From IMG/VR virus record IMGVR_UViG_3300032233_002382, positions 96,001-160,000 of that record: DNA of 64,000 bases; one strand, written 5' to 3'. Both the position numbers and the translations under genes were made by a program. The DNA is from a virus (lineage: Duplodnaviria > Caudoviricetes). The notes under the pieces are model-generated. The model saw nothing but the letters and a program-made list of their open reading frames with translations, was not told the origin of the DNA and did not search any database. Positions 55,293 to 64,000 of this stretch are shown here, piece by piece. The first letter of the stretch is position 1, and each line of letters starts with the position of its first letter.

Positions 55293-55725
55293 TAACGGTT
55301 CTCTTTTCTCGCCATTTCCGCGAGAATTCAGTCATTATAAAGCGTTCTATTGGGTCTTCGGAATGATATTCATAACATATGGGAAAAATAGGTTCAGATC
55401 TTAAAGAAGCGTTAAGTCTGCAAATGTTGGACTCATAGTTGCTGCACTTATCTCTAAGTGCGCAGTGGATCGGACCTAGTTTAGCTAGAACCACATGTGG
55501 TGGTGAAGATAACTGCTTCGTAAACTGCGAATCATATCCTCTGATCGCAGCGTCTATTGCTTCACGACTGATCGACGGAACGCGTAAGACTGGCTTCTCC
55601 ACCAGATGCTTCTTAACATCTAAATCTGATATGCGATCCAGCGACAATTCTGATATGAGAATTCGTTCACGATTTCTGAGGTTGAGCTCAAAGTCATTGA
55701 ATTCAAGCAAGTTATATGAACTCAT
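55276..55725 (-). CDS. Hypothetical protein
   Basis: 149-aa ORF with Cys cluster HCALRDKC..C..CY. Confidence 0.55.
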   Translation of the reverse strand: MSSYNLLEFNDFELNLRNRERILISELSLDRISDLDVKKHLVEKPVLRVPSISREAIDAAIRGYDSQFTKQLSSPPHVVLAKLGPIHCALRDKCSNYESNICRLNASLRSEPIFPICYEYHSEDPIERFIMTEFSRKWREKRTVIICPD

Positions 55726-56329
55726 TTGACTCCGAGATCATCTTGTCTAGCTTTTCAGAGGCTTTTTTCAGGATAATAATCATGTCCTTCGTTGGTGTGC
55801 CTGTCTTATCGAAGTCCCACGCGACTCTATCGAGAACTCGGCATATCTTTACATAATCCACAAAAGGAGCGACACTTCGAGTTCTTGAAAGCTTTTTCTC
55901 TAAGATCGCAAGGTGTCTAGGGATGTCTAGCCATGCCTCACTTTTATAATTCTCGCCTTTATCCTTAAACACATCAAGAATCGGCTCCTCAAGCTTAGGA
56001 ACGACAATGTGGAATCTTCTTTCGAGCTTAGAAAGAGCATCTGTAAACTTTAAGTTATGGAATCTAGCGAATAAACCTATCCCATTAAGGTTTATCTTGC
56101 ATTTGAAACAGAAAAAGTGTGATTTCTCTCTACCTGAAGACGAATAATATCGAGCCGCTGGAGTGTTCTTATTATCGTGAAATGGGCAGAATATTTGAAC
56201 ACTTGTCGACTCATCCGGGATTTCGACGCCGTTTTCAATGAGCGCCATATAAGCAGAATAAACAGCCGTTACCGCCTCAACCCGACGGTTAAACCACTGT
56301 TTTTGCGCTGTTTCGTTAGATGAAATCAC
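55712..56329 (-). CDS. Stand-alone primase CHC2 zinc-finger protein
   Basis: FCPFHD..TP....FFCFKC; no TOPRIM domain; AATG-TACGAT-N5-GTG start. Confidence 0.75.
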   Translation of the reverse strand: MISSNETAQKQWFNRRVEAVTAVYSAYMALIENGVEIPDESTSVQIFCPFHDNKNTPAARYYSSSGREKSHFFCFKCKINLNGIGLFARFHNLKFTDALSKLERRFHIVVPKLEEPILDVFKDKGENYKSEAWLDIPRHLAILEKKLSRTRSVAPFVDYVKICRVLDRVAWDFDKTGTPTKDMIIILKKASEKLDKMISESNEFI

Positions 56330-56342
56330 TTCTTATCGTACA

Positions 56343-56696
56343 TTAGAACAGTCGCATCTGCTTAGATGGCTCAGGAAATTTAACTTCAATCGGTTTCTCT
56401 TCGACATAATTCCGTTCGATCACTTGAACCGAATCATCTGATCTGTTCTGCTTAAGAACCGCGTTAATAATTCGACGTTCATATTTGTCTGCAAGGTCCA
56501 TGAGATCCCACTGATTCCCAGTCTTTTTGCCAACTTCGATCTTTAACTGCTTTAGCATGGTAACAGCATCGCCCAGCTCTACGCGCCGACCATGTTCGCG
56601 CCATAGACCGTAGATATCGTTCAAACGATTTTTACTGAGTACCACAGTTGAAGTGGCCCCGCTAATGCGAACGGCAATGTCGATTAGCGGGGCCAT
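56343..56696 (-). CDS. Hypothetical protein
   Basis: 117-aa ORF with AGGAG SD. Confidence 0.55.
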   Translation of the reverse strand: MAPLIDIAVRISGATSTVVLSKNRLNDIYGLWREHGRRVELGDAVTMLKQLKIEVGKKTGNQWDLMDLADKYERRIINAVLKQNRSDDSVQVIERNYVEEKPIEVKFPEPSKQMRLF

Positions 56697-56704
56697 GCTA
56701 GCTC

Positions 56705-57016
56705 CTAGGAGTTTCGCTCCTCAAAGATTTCCTCTCGAGGATCAAGCCTCAAAATAGCTTCATTGATCCTCGGGAAGGCTCGCTTACGGCACGCAGCCAC
56801 TTGTTCTTCAGCAATAGCCAACACAAACGCTCTCGTCTTCGGACCCAAGTCGAGACCCAGCTCGAGCGCCTTTTTGCGAATTACCTCATCAGGATTCTTA
56901 CCGCCGAAATCGGTTCTCACTAGCTGCTTCGCGACCTTTAGCACCTTAGACGTTGGCTCATCTGACAGGTCGGTCTTTCTCTGGCCAGGGAGTCTAACGC
57001 TCTTCACATTTTCCAT
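56705..57016 (-). CDS. Hypothetical basic protein
   Basis: 103-aa ORF; upstream gap holds AATGTATAGT and a GTGAGA/TCTCAC hairpin. Confidence 0.55.
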   Translation of the reverse strand: MENVKSVRLPGQRKTDLSDEPTSKVLKVAKQLVRTDFGGKNPDEVIRKKALELGLDLGPKTRAFVLAIAEEQVAACRKRAFPRINEAILRLDPREEIFEERNS

Positions 57017-57068
57017 TTTATAGCCCCAGAAGAAGTGAGACCATTCTCACCCCAAGGAACTATACATT

Positions 57069-57464
57069 TCAAGTTTTATCATCAGCTGCATTCATTTGCC
57101 TGACAAGCTTGTTCGCCCAACTCCGCCCTGGAGATCCACCCCACAGAGCCCAGGCTATTTTGCCGTTGCTCGGTTGACCATTGTCCAGGACACCTGATTT
57201 ATTCTTCTCATGGCGATCGAAAAACGCTTTCATACGTCGAGCTGTTCGGGGGCTAATGCGCTTGCCGTTAGACAGGTCTCGAGCCCTTGCAATACCTACT
57301 TCCGTGCCCCCGCGACCGTATTTCGAACGCCACTTAAGACCACGCGCTGCGGCTTTCTTAACGCTCTTAGGTGGAGTAAACTTAATGTGTTTATACTTTT
57401 CAGGGGTAGACGAAGAACCATCAGCGGCGATAGATATTCTATAGGCTATTTCAGATAGGTCCAT
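57069..57464 (-). CDS. Basic hypothetical phage protein
   Basis: PP.SV..AA.RGL.W..GRGGT.VG..RARDL..IAWALWGG..G.SWA pattern; start tentatively at MDLSEIAYR. Confidence 0.6.
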   Translation of the reverse strand: MDLSEIAYRISIAADGSSSTPEKYKHIKFTPPKSVKKAAARGLKWRSKYGRGGTEVGIARARDLSNGKRISPRTARRMKAFFDRHEKNKSGVLDNGQPSNGKIAWALWGGSPGRSWANKLVRQMNAADDKT

Positions 57465-57484
57465 AGTAATAGGTAGCATAAAAA

Positions 57485-58015
57485 ATGCATATAATAATAT
57501 CAAAGCGCATTCCTACTAACAAGAAACTCTGGAACAAGATGCAAGACCTTGTGTCAGGTCGATCGTCATATATAACATGGAATGATCAGAGGATCGACGG
57601 ACCCCGTGATGGTCAAGGATTTAAGAAACATCCTTCCGCATATAGCAATGGATGGGCAGCCAAGAAGTACAAGGAACTAGGCGGAAAATGGAAAGAGAAG
57701 AAAAAACGAAGTCGCAAAGCCTCAACGGTTGAATCTATAGCTATTCGAATAGCGGGATTAGATGAGTGGTTCGACAAAGACAGCCCGAAGGGTGATTGGG
57801 TGGCGATAGACACGGAAGGCAATATCGTAGGACCGTGCGCGCAGTCTGATAAGAGAGAAAAAGAGACGAAGAAAGGCGCAGATCCATTAAAGTGTATGCC
57901 AAGGTCTAAGGCACACGACTTAGGAAAAAAGGAGAGAGCCAAATCGGCAAAAAGAAAGAAACGCAAAGAACGAGGATCTAAGAATACTAAAAAGCCAGTC
58001 CATGCTCCTACTTAG
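57485..58015 (+). CDS. Basic hypothetical phage protein (on + strand; ORF track labels it -)
   Basis: The + strand reads ATG CAT ATA ATA at 57485 and ends TAG at 58015; G-TAGCAT-N5-ATG start; PSAYSNGW, DEWF..DWV..C..KC.P motifs. Confidence 0.7.
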   Translation: MHIIISKRIPTNKKLWNKMQDLVSGRSSYITWNDQRIDGPRDGQGFKKHPSAYSNGWAAKKYKELGGKWKEKKKRSRKASTVESIAIRIAGLDEWFDKDSPKGDWVAIDTEGNIVGPCAQSDKREKETKKGADPLKCMPRSKAHDLGKKERAKSAKRKKRKERGSKNTKKPVHAPT

Positions 58016-58202
58016 GTCCTGATGACTCATCTAAGGAATCGCACAGACGTCTCACCAAATCCCTTTCAGCAGGATCGCAGTGCATGATAGCATCGATAGC
58101 CACATGACATGGTGGTCTTAACATGAGATCTATAAGATGATGAATTTCCTTCATATCAGAAGACCACTTCTTCTTAAGCTCTAGAAGCTCATCTCTCTTC
58201 AT
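58008..58202 (-). CDS. Small hypothetical protein
   Basis: 64 aa; G-TAATGT-N6-ATG. Confidence 0.5.
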   Translation of the reverse strand: MKRDELLELKKKWSSDMKEIHHLIDLMLRPPCHVAIDAIMHCDPAERDLVRRLCDSLDESSGPK

Positions 58203-58218
58203 AACGCAACATTACCAT

Positions 58219-58581
58219 TTAGATCTTCTGGATTTCGGATATTCCTAGCGATGATGAAGTCGCGGAGATTCGATCTCCAGCACTCAACGAGGACACCAAA
58301 GGACGAATTTCTGGAGCAACCAGGAATGTAGTTATCCAGACGTAGCCACTTTCTGTCTTGCTTTCATCAGCCTGTATGTGAACCAATTCACCATCACAGA
58401 ACGAACCTTTAAAAATGCCGGTGAATTGAATAGGGTCTCTACCGTTAAGTTTAGACTTCGCGTGTGCTTTGGATATATGATCCCACATTTCTTTATTGGC
58501 TTCTACAGTTTCCTTAATCTGTTTTGCCGCATCAGCTTGCTGGCTTCGACGTTGTGATTCGATCAATTCGGAGATTCGCAT
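58219..58581 (-). CDS. Hypothetical protein
   Basis: 120-aa ORF with GAGGT SD. Confidence 0.55.
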   Translation of the reverse strand: MRISELIESQRRSQQADAAKQIKETVEANKEMWDHISKAHAKSKLNGRDPIQFTGIFKGSFCDGELVHIQADESKTESGYVWITTFLVAPEIRPLVSSLSAGDRISATSSSLGISEIQKI

Positions 58582-58593
58582 TTCCAGTTACCT

Positions 58594-60102
58594 CTAGGCT
58601 ATCATGTCTTCTGCAGTAAGAGATATCGCGTTAGCTGTCGAAACGATGCGGTCAGCGTTCATGTCAATCATGCCGGTCTCAATGTGCCTCATGCGTTTGG
58701 TATTCCAAAAGATCTTCCCAAGGAACGGCTCGAATACTGGATTGTCTCGATTTTTTAGGCATCCGATTTTAAACTTCGCATCCCGCCTTAATTGATCATT
58801 CAGATAAGTGTAGGTGATTACATCGGCGTCTTTCTCCAATTGGTTCGCGTAGCTGATAGCGGCACTGTCGTACCGACCGTCCGCTTTGTCGGCTCGTAGC
58901 TTACCTTGACGATTCATGTGGAATAAGCCTAGAACGGGGACCGTGTTACCGCGAGCGAAATTTAAAGCTAAAAACCGACATTCAGTAACGACGCTATTAA
59001 TCATCGTGACGAAATCGTTTGTTCGATGCTTTGGTTTCATATTGCCAATGTTATCGAGTATGATGCCATCGCACCCGTACTTATTATGAAACATCTCCGA
59101 TTTCTTACGTACTTCGTCACATCCCACTTGCATTGGGGGACGCCATACGTACATTTTTCCTTTTGAGTTAGCCTTAAAATCCTGTGCAATGAGCTTGAGT
59201 CTCTTAAGCTCAAGCTCATCTAGCTTACCATCACGAACTCGTCGATAATCAAGACCAACGTAAGGATTAGGTCGACCCGCCTTAACGTCCTCTCGATACC
59301 ACTCTGTTACAAACTTTCCGTGGCTTGAATGAATTACATACAACTGACGACGCAATTGCTTGTATGGCATCTCGAAGATGCCATAGAAGATATTCTTACC
59401 GTAAATATAGGCATTATTATATGCATAATTAAGAGCCAGCGAAGTCTTAAGTTCACCTGGGTAAGCACAATGAACCCAGAACTCACCGGATTTGTGTCCT
59501 TCACAGGCATCATCAATTGGGTCGAGTCCAAAAATGTTACGGCCGGTGTACACATTAGAACGTGTGGATAGTTCATATTCTTCTAGGAATTCATCTGCGT
59601 CTTCTTCGACGAATCCTTCGAGTTTCTCACCAGACTCAAAGTGAGAAAAACCCGACATGCGATCAAACATCCAGCCCATAGCATCAGGAACACCACGAAG
59701 TACCTTTTTCCCATTGATGGGCTTATCGATGTTACGACCGTGCTCTGCGATATTCGCAGCATCACGACAAGCTAAGACGAAAGCTTTCAGCTGTTGTTGT
59801 TCTTGTTCAGATCGTACAATCGATAGAAAGTTCGTTCTAATGTAATGCTGAGCCTTGCTTATTTCTTCAAGTCTATTAACTACTTCAATATCATCCTGCT
59901 TTTCAAAATAGTCTTTGACAATTAAATAGTCAGGTGGTGCAGCCATCTGGCCATAGAAATCGGACAGGTATTTGTGAAGGCGAGCATCTTCCTCGTCAGG
60001 ATATGAAAGATTGTGTTCTTGAAGCTTATGCCAGTTAGCTAAGGCTTCTTCAGCATCAGGAACACTGCCTACGGTAATTACGCTTCTTAAAATACGGTTC
60101 AC
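58594..60102 (-). CDS. dnaB: DnaB-like replicative helicase
   Basis: P-loop-like AYPGELKTS, GIFEMP, IILDNI, HMNR, LEKDAD and LKNRD; GTG start. Confidence 0.75.
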   Translation of the reverse strand: MNRILRSVITVGSVPDAEEALANWHKLQEHNLSYPDEEDARLHKYLSDFYGQMAAPPDYLIVKDYFEKQDDIEVVNRLEEISKAQHYIRTNFLSIVRSEQEQQQLKAFVLACRDAANIAEHGRNIDKPINGKKVLRGVPDAMGWMFDRMSGFSHFESGEKLEGFVEEDADEFLEEYELSTRSNVYTGRNIFGLDPIDDACEGHKSGEFWVHCAYPGELKTSLALNYAYNNAYIYGKNIFYGIFEMPYKQLRRQLYVIHSSHGKFVTEWYREDVKAGRPNPYVGLDYRRVRDGKLDELELKRLKLIAQDFKANSKGKMYVWRPPMQVGCDEVRKKSEMFHNKYGCDGIILDNIGNMKPKHRTNDFVTMINSVVTECRFLALNFARGNTVPVLGLFHMNRQGKLRADKADGRYDSAAISYANQLEKDADVITYTYLNDQLRRDAKFKIGCLKNRDNPVFEPFLGKIFWNTKRMRHIETGMIDMNADRIVSTANAISLTAEDMIA

Positions 60103-60971
60103 GACCGATTCCTATTCTTGAACTTGTTCTTAGATGAATTCAGTCCGGAACCATACAACGAAAGGCCACCAGTATCGGCGTCTTCATCGGTTGACGGTTT
60201 GATCCTTACCTTGGTCTTAGGCTTGCTGGCCGTTTTCGATACTTCTGAAGTCTCCAGAACGCCGTCCACTACATCCTCTTGCAAAGGCATCGGTTCAGTT
60301 ATGACGAGGTCATTCTGTGATTGACCAACATTGTTCACAGGTTCCGGCATCAAATTCAGGTCTTCCCCTAAGTTGATGCTGGGCAGAATTCGAGGAATGC
60401 GGACTATAGGGAAATTCGTCTTAATTACGTCTGCTATTGAATCCGAATAGGCATGGCTACCGACCGTAAACGGCCTATCGCAGTCGGAATAAAGCCAGGT
60501 AGGTTTATCTCTGTCGATTCGATAGCAAATAGCTTCTTCAAGGGCTCCAGGAGCAGCTTTATTTTTATATGACAATTCATTAAGTCTTACTATACATAGA
60601 CTCGGAGGTTCCATTAAATCTTCTAGGCTATTGTATATCGATCCTTCTTCGTCGCCTCTTGCGGCTCTTGATTTACTTCCGACATATACATCCCGAATTT
60701 CTCGGTCGCTCGTAATTCGAATAAACATGTTTGGGTTAGAAATCATCGCAGCTTTGACTACAGATTTCATGTCCTGCCAAGCACTGATGACTAGAGCGTG
60801 TTTCTTTAGGGCAGCCATGATCGGAAGCGAAACATGCTCTTTACGAACTTCAGCCCGCCTAATATACGCGGGCATACTAGCAGCCATCCTCCTTACGAAT
60901 GCACAGTGGCACTCGAATGTCTTATTATCTTTCTCTATGACGCCTGTATTACCACAGACTTTGCAATTCAT
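60099..60971 (-). CDS. DnaC/DnaI-like helicase loader with degenerate ATPase motifs
   Basis: N-terminal CKVC..ECHC zinc motif and YRIDRDKPTW segment, but no GxxGxGK or hhhhDD motif; acidic/basic tail. Confidence 0.5.
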   Translation of the reverse strand: MNCKVCGNTGVIEKDNKTFECHCAFVRRMAASMPAYIRRAEVRKEHVSLPIMAALKKHALVISAWQDMKSVVKAAMISNPNMFIRITSDREIRDVYVGSKSRAARGDEEGSIYNSLEDLMEPPSLCIVRLNELSYKNKAAPGALEEAICYRIDRDKPTWLYSDCDRPFTVGSHAYSDSIADVIKTNFPIVRIPRILPSINLGEDLNLMPEPVNNVGQSQNDLVITEPMPLQEDVVDGVLETSEVSKTASKPKTKVRIKPSTDEDADTGGLSLYGSGLNSSKNKFKNRNRS

Positions 60972-60979
60972 GGTATACC

Positions 60980-63034
60980 TTAGATATCGCTTAGATCGAT
61001 TTCAACTGTGTCTATCTTCGGCTCGGACGCTTTCACTTCAGCATTCATCTTCGGCTTCACGGGACTGGCTTTCTTAATCGATTTATTTGATTTAAACTTT
61101 GAGTCCTTCTTCTCGTCACTGCGCATGTATGACAGAATATCTTGAACGGCGTCTTTAGACTCAAATGATAAACCACCGACCAAAGAATTTCCGGCTACTT
61201 TATCTGCGAGCTTCTTCTTTTCTCTTAGCGCCTTAAGTACGTGATGATCTATAGTCTTCTCGCCGGAGATTCGGACTCCCAGCATGTGGTGAGCCACGAC
61301 CGTCTTATGAGAAGAGCCGATGCGTATCATTCGGCCTAGAAGCTGGTCATAATCACCATAAGACCAAGGGAGATCGACGAAAACGAAGTGTTCTGCCGCC
61401 TGCAGGTTTAGAGATTCAGAACCGGCCATCGTAATCATTATCACGTTAACGCCGGAGTTCGGATCTTGAAATTTCTCTCTTGCGTTTTGACGCATTTTTG
61501 GATCAGATTCTTTCCCTGTGATTCTAACGTATTTAATGTTTGATTCTTTTAATGATACTTCGATTTGACTAATCATTTTCTCGAATCGAGAGAAAATGAT
61601 CACTTTCTGGTCAAACGCGTCATTCTCAAGAAGGTCGATAAGAGATTCTATTTTAGTGGAACTTCCATCAAACGGCTCACCCTCCTCATTCAATATGAGC
61701 TGCGGTGCATTGACTGCCTGAGCACACATGGTCAGGGAAGCTAGTATCTCCGCACCCGCTCCTTCCTCTGTATCATCCGAACCTCCAACACCAGACTCTG
61801 CCATATCATAAAGATCATCTTGTATTTGGCTAAGTTCACAAGGAATTTCTACCGAAATAAGCTCGGGTAATTCTTTGGCGACTTCGTGCTTTTTTCGAGA
61901 GAGATAATAGGGTTCGATTTTTTCGACGAATTTATCTAGATTCTTATATCCGACCACAATTGGAACTTGTCTACCGCCGCCTACTCTCTGAAGCTTAGTA
62001 ACGCAATATTCGTTCTGAAAGGCTGTGACCTTAGGGAATAAAGACGGATTAACAATTCGGAATATCCCGAAAAATTCCATCAGTTTATTCTTGACGGGCG
62101 TTGCAGTCATCCCCACAATGCGATCACATTGTAGAGAAATCGCCCTGACTTTATCATGTACTTGGCTACGATAATTTTTTACTTTGTGGGCTTCATCCAT
62201 CACCAGCATGAACTTTAAATTAGGATTTTCGGCCTTCAGAGTCGACACGCGTTCAGCGAGGCCTATTGTGGTCATAGGTGGCGAAATTTTATTGGATATG
62301 CTCTCGATTTCTAGTCTCGTCGATTCGAATTTTACTTTAAGCCCGATGGTGCGGTTTAAGATAAGCTGATCATCATCTGACCATCCATACGGGCGCGGGA
62401 GACTTTTGCCATTTAGGCTAGAGAAAACATACTCTGCATCTTCGAATTTTCGAGAATCAGTGATACTTCGTAGAACACTCATACCAGATTCTAATTGCGA
62501 TTTTATATCGTTAAATTCGTCCTTTTTATTCTTGAGTAATTTCTTAAGCTTAGGATCAGGCTTGACGCTACGATCCTTGACGACCGTCGAGTCTAGATCT
62601 CGGAATAGCGTGTCATACGTGATTAGCAGTATTTTCCGATGCGACTCTGAGTCAAAGAATTCTTCATACTGTAGCTGTCGTTCATGGGGCTCGCCATGAA
62701 TAACGACAGGCTGCATGCCAGTCATGAATTTTAAGGTTTCTGACTCCCACTGAAATAGGGCTGATTTCGTGGTTAAAATAATGGGTATATAGTCTGGCTC
62801 TTTCATCCAAACGTAACCAATAGTGCTCAGCACCTGGATAGTCTTTCCAAGACCTGTGCCGTCACCCAGAATAGTCCGTGGCGCTAAAAGAAGATTAGCA
62901 ATACCGCTTTTCTGATAATTCCGGAGAATGATAGGGTCCCCGTTCGCAAACGCTGGTTTTAGGAACGGGGATCCTGGTAAATTTAACTTATCTGATGTGC
63001 GGATATCACGAAGTTTCTGGATGGCGTCAGACAT
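60980..63034 (-). CDS. SNF2-family helicase/ATPase
   Basis: LRNYQ, GDGTGLGKT, MDEAH, MTATPVKN, IIFSRF, AGSESLNLQAA and QLLGRMIRIG. Confidence 0.88.
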   Translation of the reverse strand: MSDAIQKLRDIRTSDKLNLPGSPFLKPAFANGDPIILRNYQKSGIANLLLAPRTILGDGTGLGKTIQVLSTIGYVWMKEPDYIPIILTTKSALFQWESETLKFMTGMQPVVIHGEPHERQLQYEEFFDSESHRKILLITYDTLFRDLDSTVVKDRSVKPDPKLKKLLKNKKDEFNDIKSQLESGMSVLRSITDSRKFEDAEYVFSSLNGKSLPRPYGWSDDDQLILNRTIGLKVKFESTRLEIESISNKISPPMTTIGLAERVSTLKAENPNLKFMLVMDEAHKVKNYRSQVHDKVRAISLQCDRIVGMTATPVKNKLMEFFGIFRIVNPSLFPKVTAFQNEYCVTKLQRVGGGRQVPIVVGYKNLDKFVEKIEPYYLSRKKHEVAKELPELISVEIPCELSQIQDDLYDMAESGVGGSDDTEEGAGAEILASLTMCAQAVNAPQLILNEEGEPFDGSSTKIESLIDLLENDAFDQKVIIFSRFEKMISQIEVSLKESNIKYVRITGKESDPKMRQNAREKFQDPNSGVNVIMITMAGSESLNLQAAEHFVFVDLPWSYGDYDQLLGRMIRIGSSHKTVVAHHMLGVRISGEKTIDHHVLKALREKKKLADKVAGNSLVGGLSFESKDAVQDILSYMRSDEKKDSKFKSNKSIKKASPVKPKMNAEVKASEPKIDTVEIDLSDI

Positions 63035-63065
63035 GGTAACCTCTGACGATAGCTTACATCAGAAT

Positions 63066-64000
63066 CTAGTTAGGTTTATTGCTTGTGTAAGCAATCGCAT
63101 CATTTCTTAGTGTCTCTTGACCTGAAGTGGTAGTGCCAGCGTAAGCGGTCTCTAGACCTTTCGGCCAAATAGACGTAAGTCCGTTGAAAGCCCCCGAACC
63201 ATTCTTTCCGATGCCGACAATACGAGCAAAAGCGTTTGCACTAGTTTGGCAAGCGTTACCGGTCACGATGGCTCGTGGGGTCGCTGAAGAAGCCGCATTT
63301 GCGTTTGTTAGTAAAATAGCCGGAATACCGATATCATTTACCCTGATATCATTGTTTATGATTCTTACCGCTGAACTCGTTCCATTAACTGCTGGAACGC
63401 ATAAAATTCCAGCAGTCTGAAGAAACGTGGTCATCGGGGTCGGTCCGGAGTATAGATTTCCATTCAGGTAAATTCGATTGTTACTTACTGTGATAAAGCC
63501 GATATTAGTGGTGTTAGTAGTCCAATCGATTCGTATACCCTGACAAACTACAGTGTTCGAGTAAGGAGCCGCGTAAATGGTGTTACCGTCTAAAATAATT
63601 GTCCCTGTCGGGCATTTATCGATCCGAATACCTACATCACCCGAATAATAGTTCGCCGTACTGGTACCTCCAAAGAATTCACAGTTCCGCACGATCACAT
63701 TACTTAGGGCATTCGGCTTTTCTGTCGTGGATGTCAGTAACATTAACGTGCCGGGACCTATCGCGCTGTTCATAATGAAATTGTTAACCGTGCACTTTTC
63801 GTAAAGAACATTGGCCGCGACATTCTTAACGAAGGCTACATTACAAAATTGAGATGAAGACTGAGAAGATCCTGAGAGTCGTAGATTTCGGATAATTGCC
63901 TGAGGACTCGCGACGCTGTTCGGGGTATTGAAAATCCCAGACGATGATGAAGTTACATATTCTACCCCAACGCGCACCTGAGGAATCCCTAAAGTAGATG
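63066..64000 (-). CDS. C-terminal part of a right-handed beta-helix protein (fibre/spike-like); 5' end lies beyond the window
   Basis: Frame is open to position 64000; Asn/Ile/Gly-rich parallel beta-helix repeats (IILDGNTI, ITVSNNRI, RIINNDI, IVTGNAC). Confidence 0.65.
   Translation of the reverse strand, partial: STLGIPQVRVGVEYVTSSSSGIFNTPNSVASPQAIIRNLRLSGSSQSSSQFCNVAFVKNVAANVLYEKCTVNNFIMNSAIGPGTLMLLTSTTEKPNALSNVIVRNCEFFGGTSTANYYSGDVGIRIDKCPTGTIILDGNTIYAAPYSNTVVCQGIRIDWTTNTTNIGFITVSNNRIYLNGNLYSGPTPMTTFLQTAGILCVPAVNGTSSAVRIINNDIRVNDIGIPAILLTNANAASSATPRAIVTGNACQTSANAFARIVGIGKNGSGAFNGLTSIWPKGLETAYAGTTTSGQETLRNDAIAYTSNKPN

Noticed and set aside
33372-63034. Inteins or introns in recA, pol, dnaB or SNF2
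   Set aside because: Insertions present lack the Cys/Ser start, His-Asn end and LAGLIDADG motifs, and no frame breaks occur.
1-64000. CRISPR array, tRNA or rRNA genes
   Set aside because: No regularly spaced direct repeats; the few intergenic gaps show no T-loop/D-loop cloverleaf.
1-64000. Stop-codon reassignment (code 4 or 15) as in some large phages
   Set aside because: Conserved genes are full length in the standard code and end with TAA, TAG and TGA alike.
1-64000. Giant eukaryotic virus or bacterial chromosome origin
   Set aside because: SD sequences, coupled operons, a sigma factor, RecA/RuvB and peptidoglycan hydrolases argue against an NCLDV. Fibres, lysins, split or stand-alone replication parts and the absence of housekeeping operons argue against a chromosome. 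A prophage or phage-plasmid cannot be excluded.

Overview
This is a gene-dense 64-kb segment of a large (jumbo-type) dsDNA bacteriophage genome, with frequent strand switching and no rRNA, tRNA or CRISPR array seen. The host is probably a diderm Myxococcota/Deltaproteobacteria-like bacterium; this is inferred from a MYXO-CTERM-like sorting tail, an OmpA-type outer-membrane protein and an RRM protein. Left to right: (i) 2OG-Fe(II) oxygenase, a three-gene UDP-2-acetamido-2,6-dideoxy-L-hexose pathway and glycosyltransferases beside Gly-Pro-Thr collagen-like proteins and a 1424-aa beta-solenoid fibre (candidate virion glycosylation system); (ii) two lysins and a TSP3-repeat/MYXO-CTERM/OmpA surface protein split by a -1 frameshift in a T5 run; (iii) a recombination module (RuvB, UvsY-like, vWA, SSB-like, RuvC-like, RecA, half of SbcC, RuvA-domain-III fusion); (iv) an HD hydrolase-MazG-guaB-guaA purine cassette flanked by amidohydrolases; (v) an ECF-like sigma factor, dCTP deaminase coupled to an apparently catalytically dead ThyX-like protein, family A DNA polymerase, DnaJ, primase zinc finger, DnaB, a degenerate loader and a SNF2 helicase. 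Many genes appear to be leaderless (G-TAnnnT-N5-start), and an ARTGTAnnnT motif recurs in intergenic gaps. All family assignments come from motif recognition by eye; no database searches were run.
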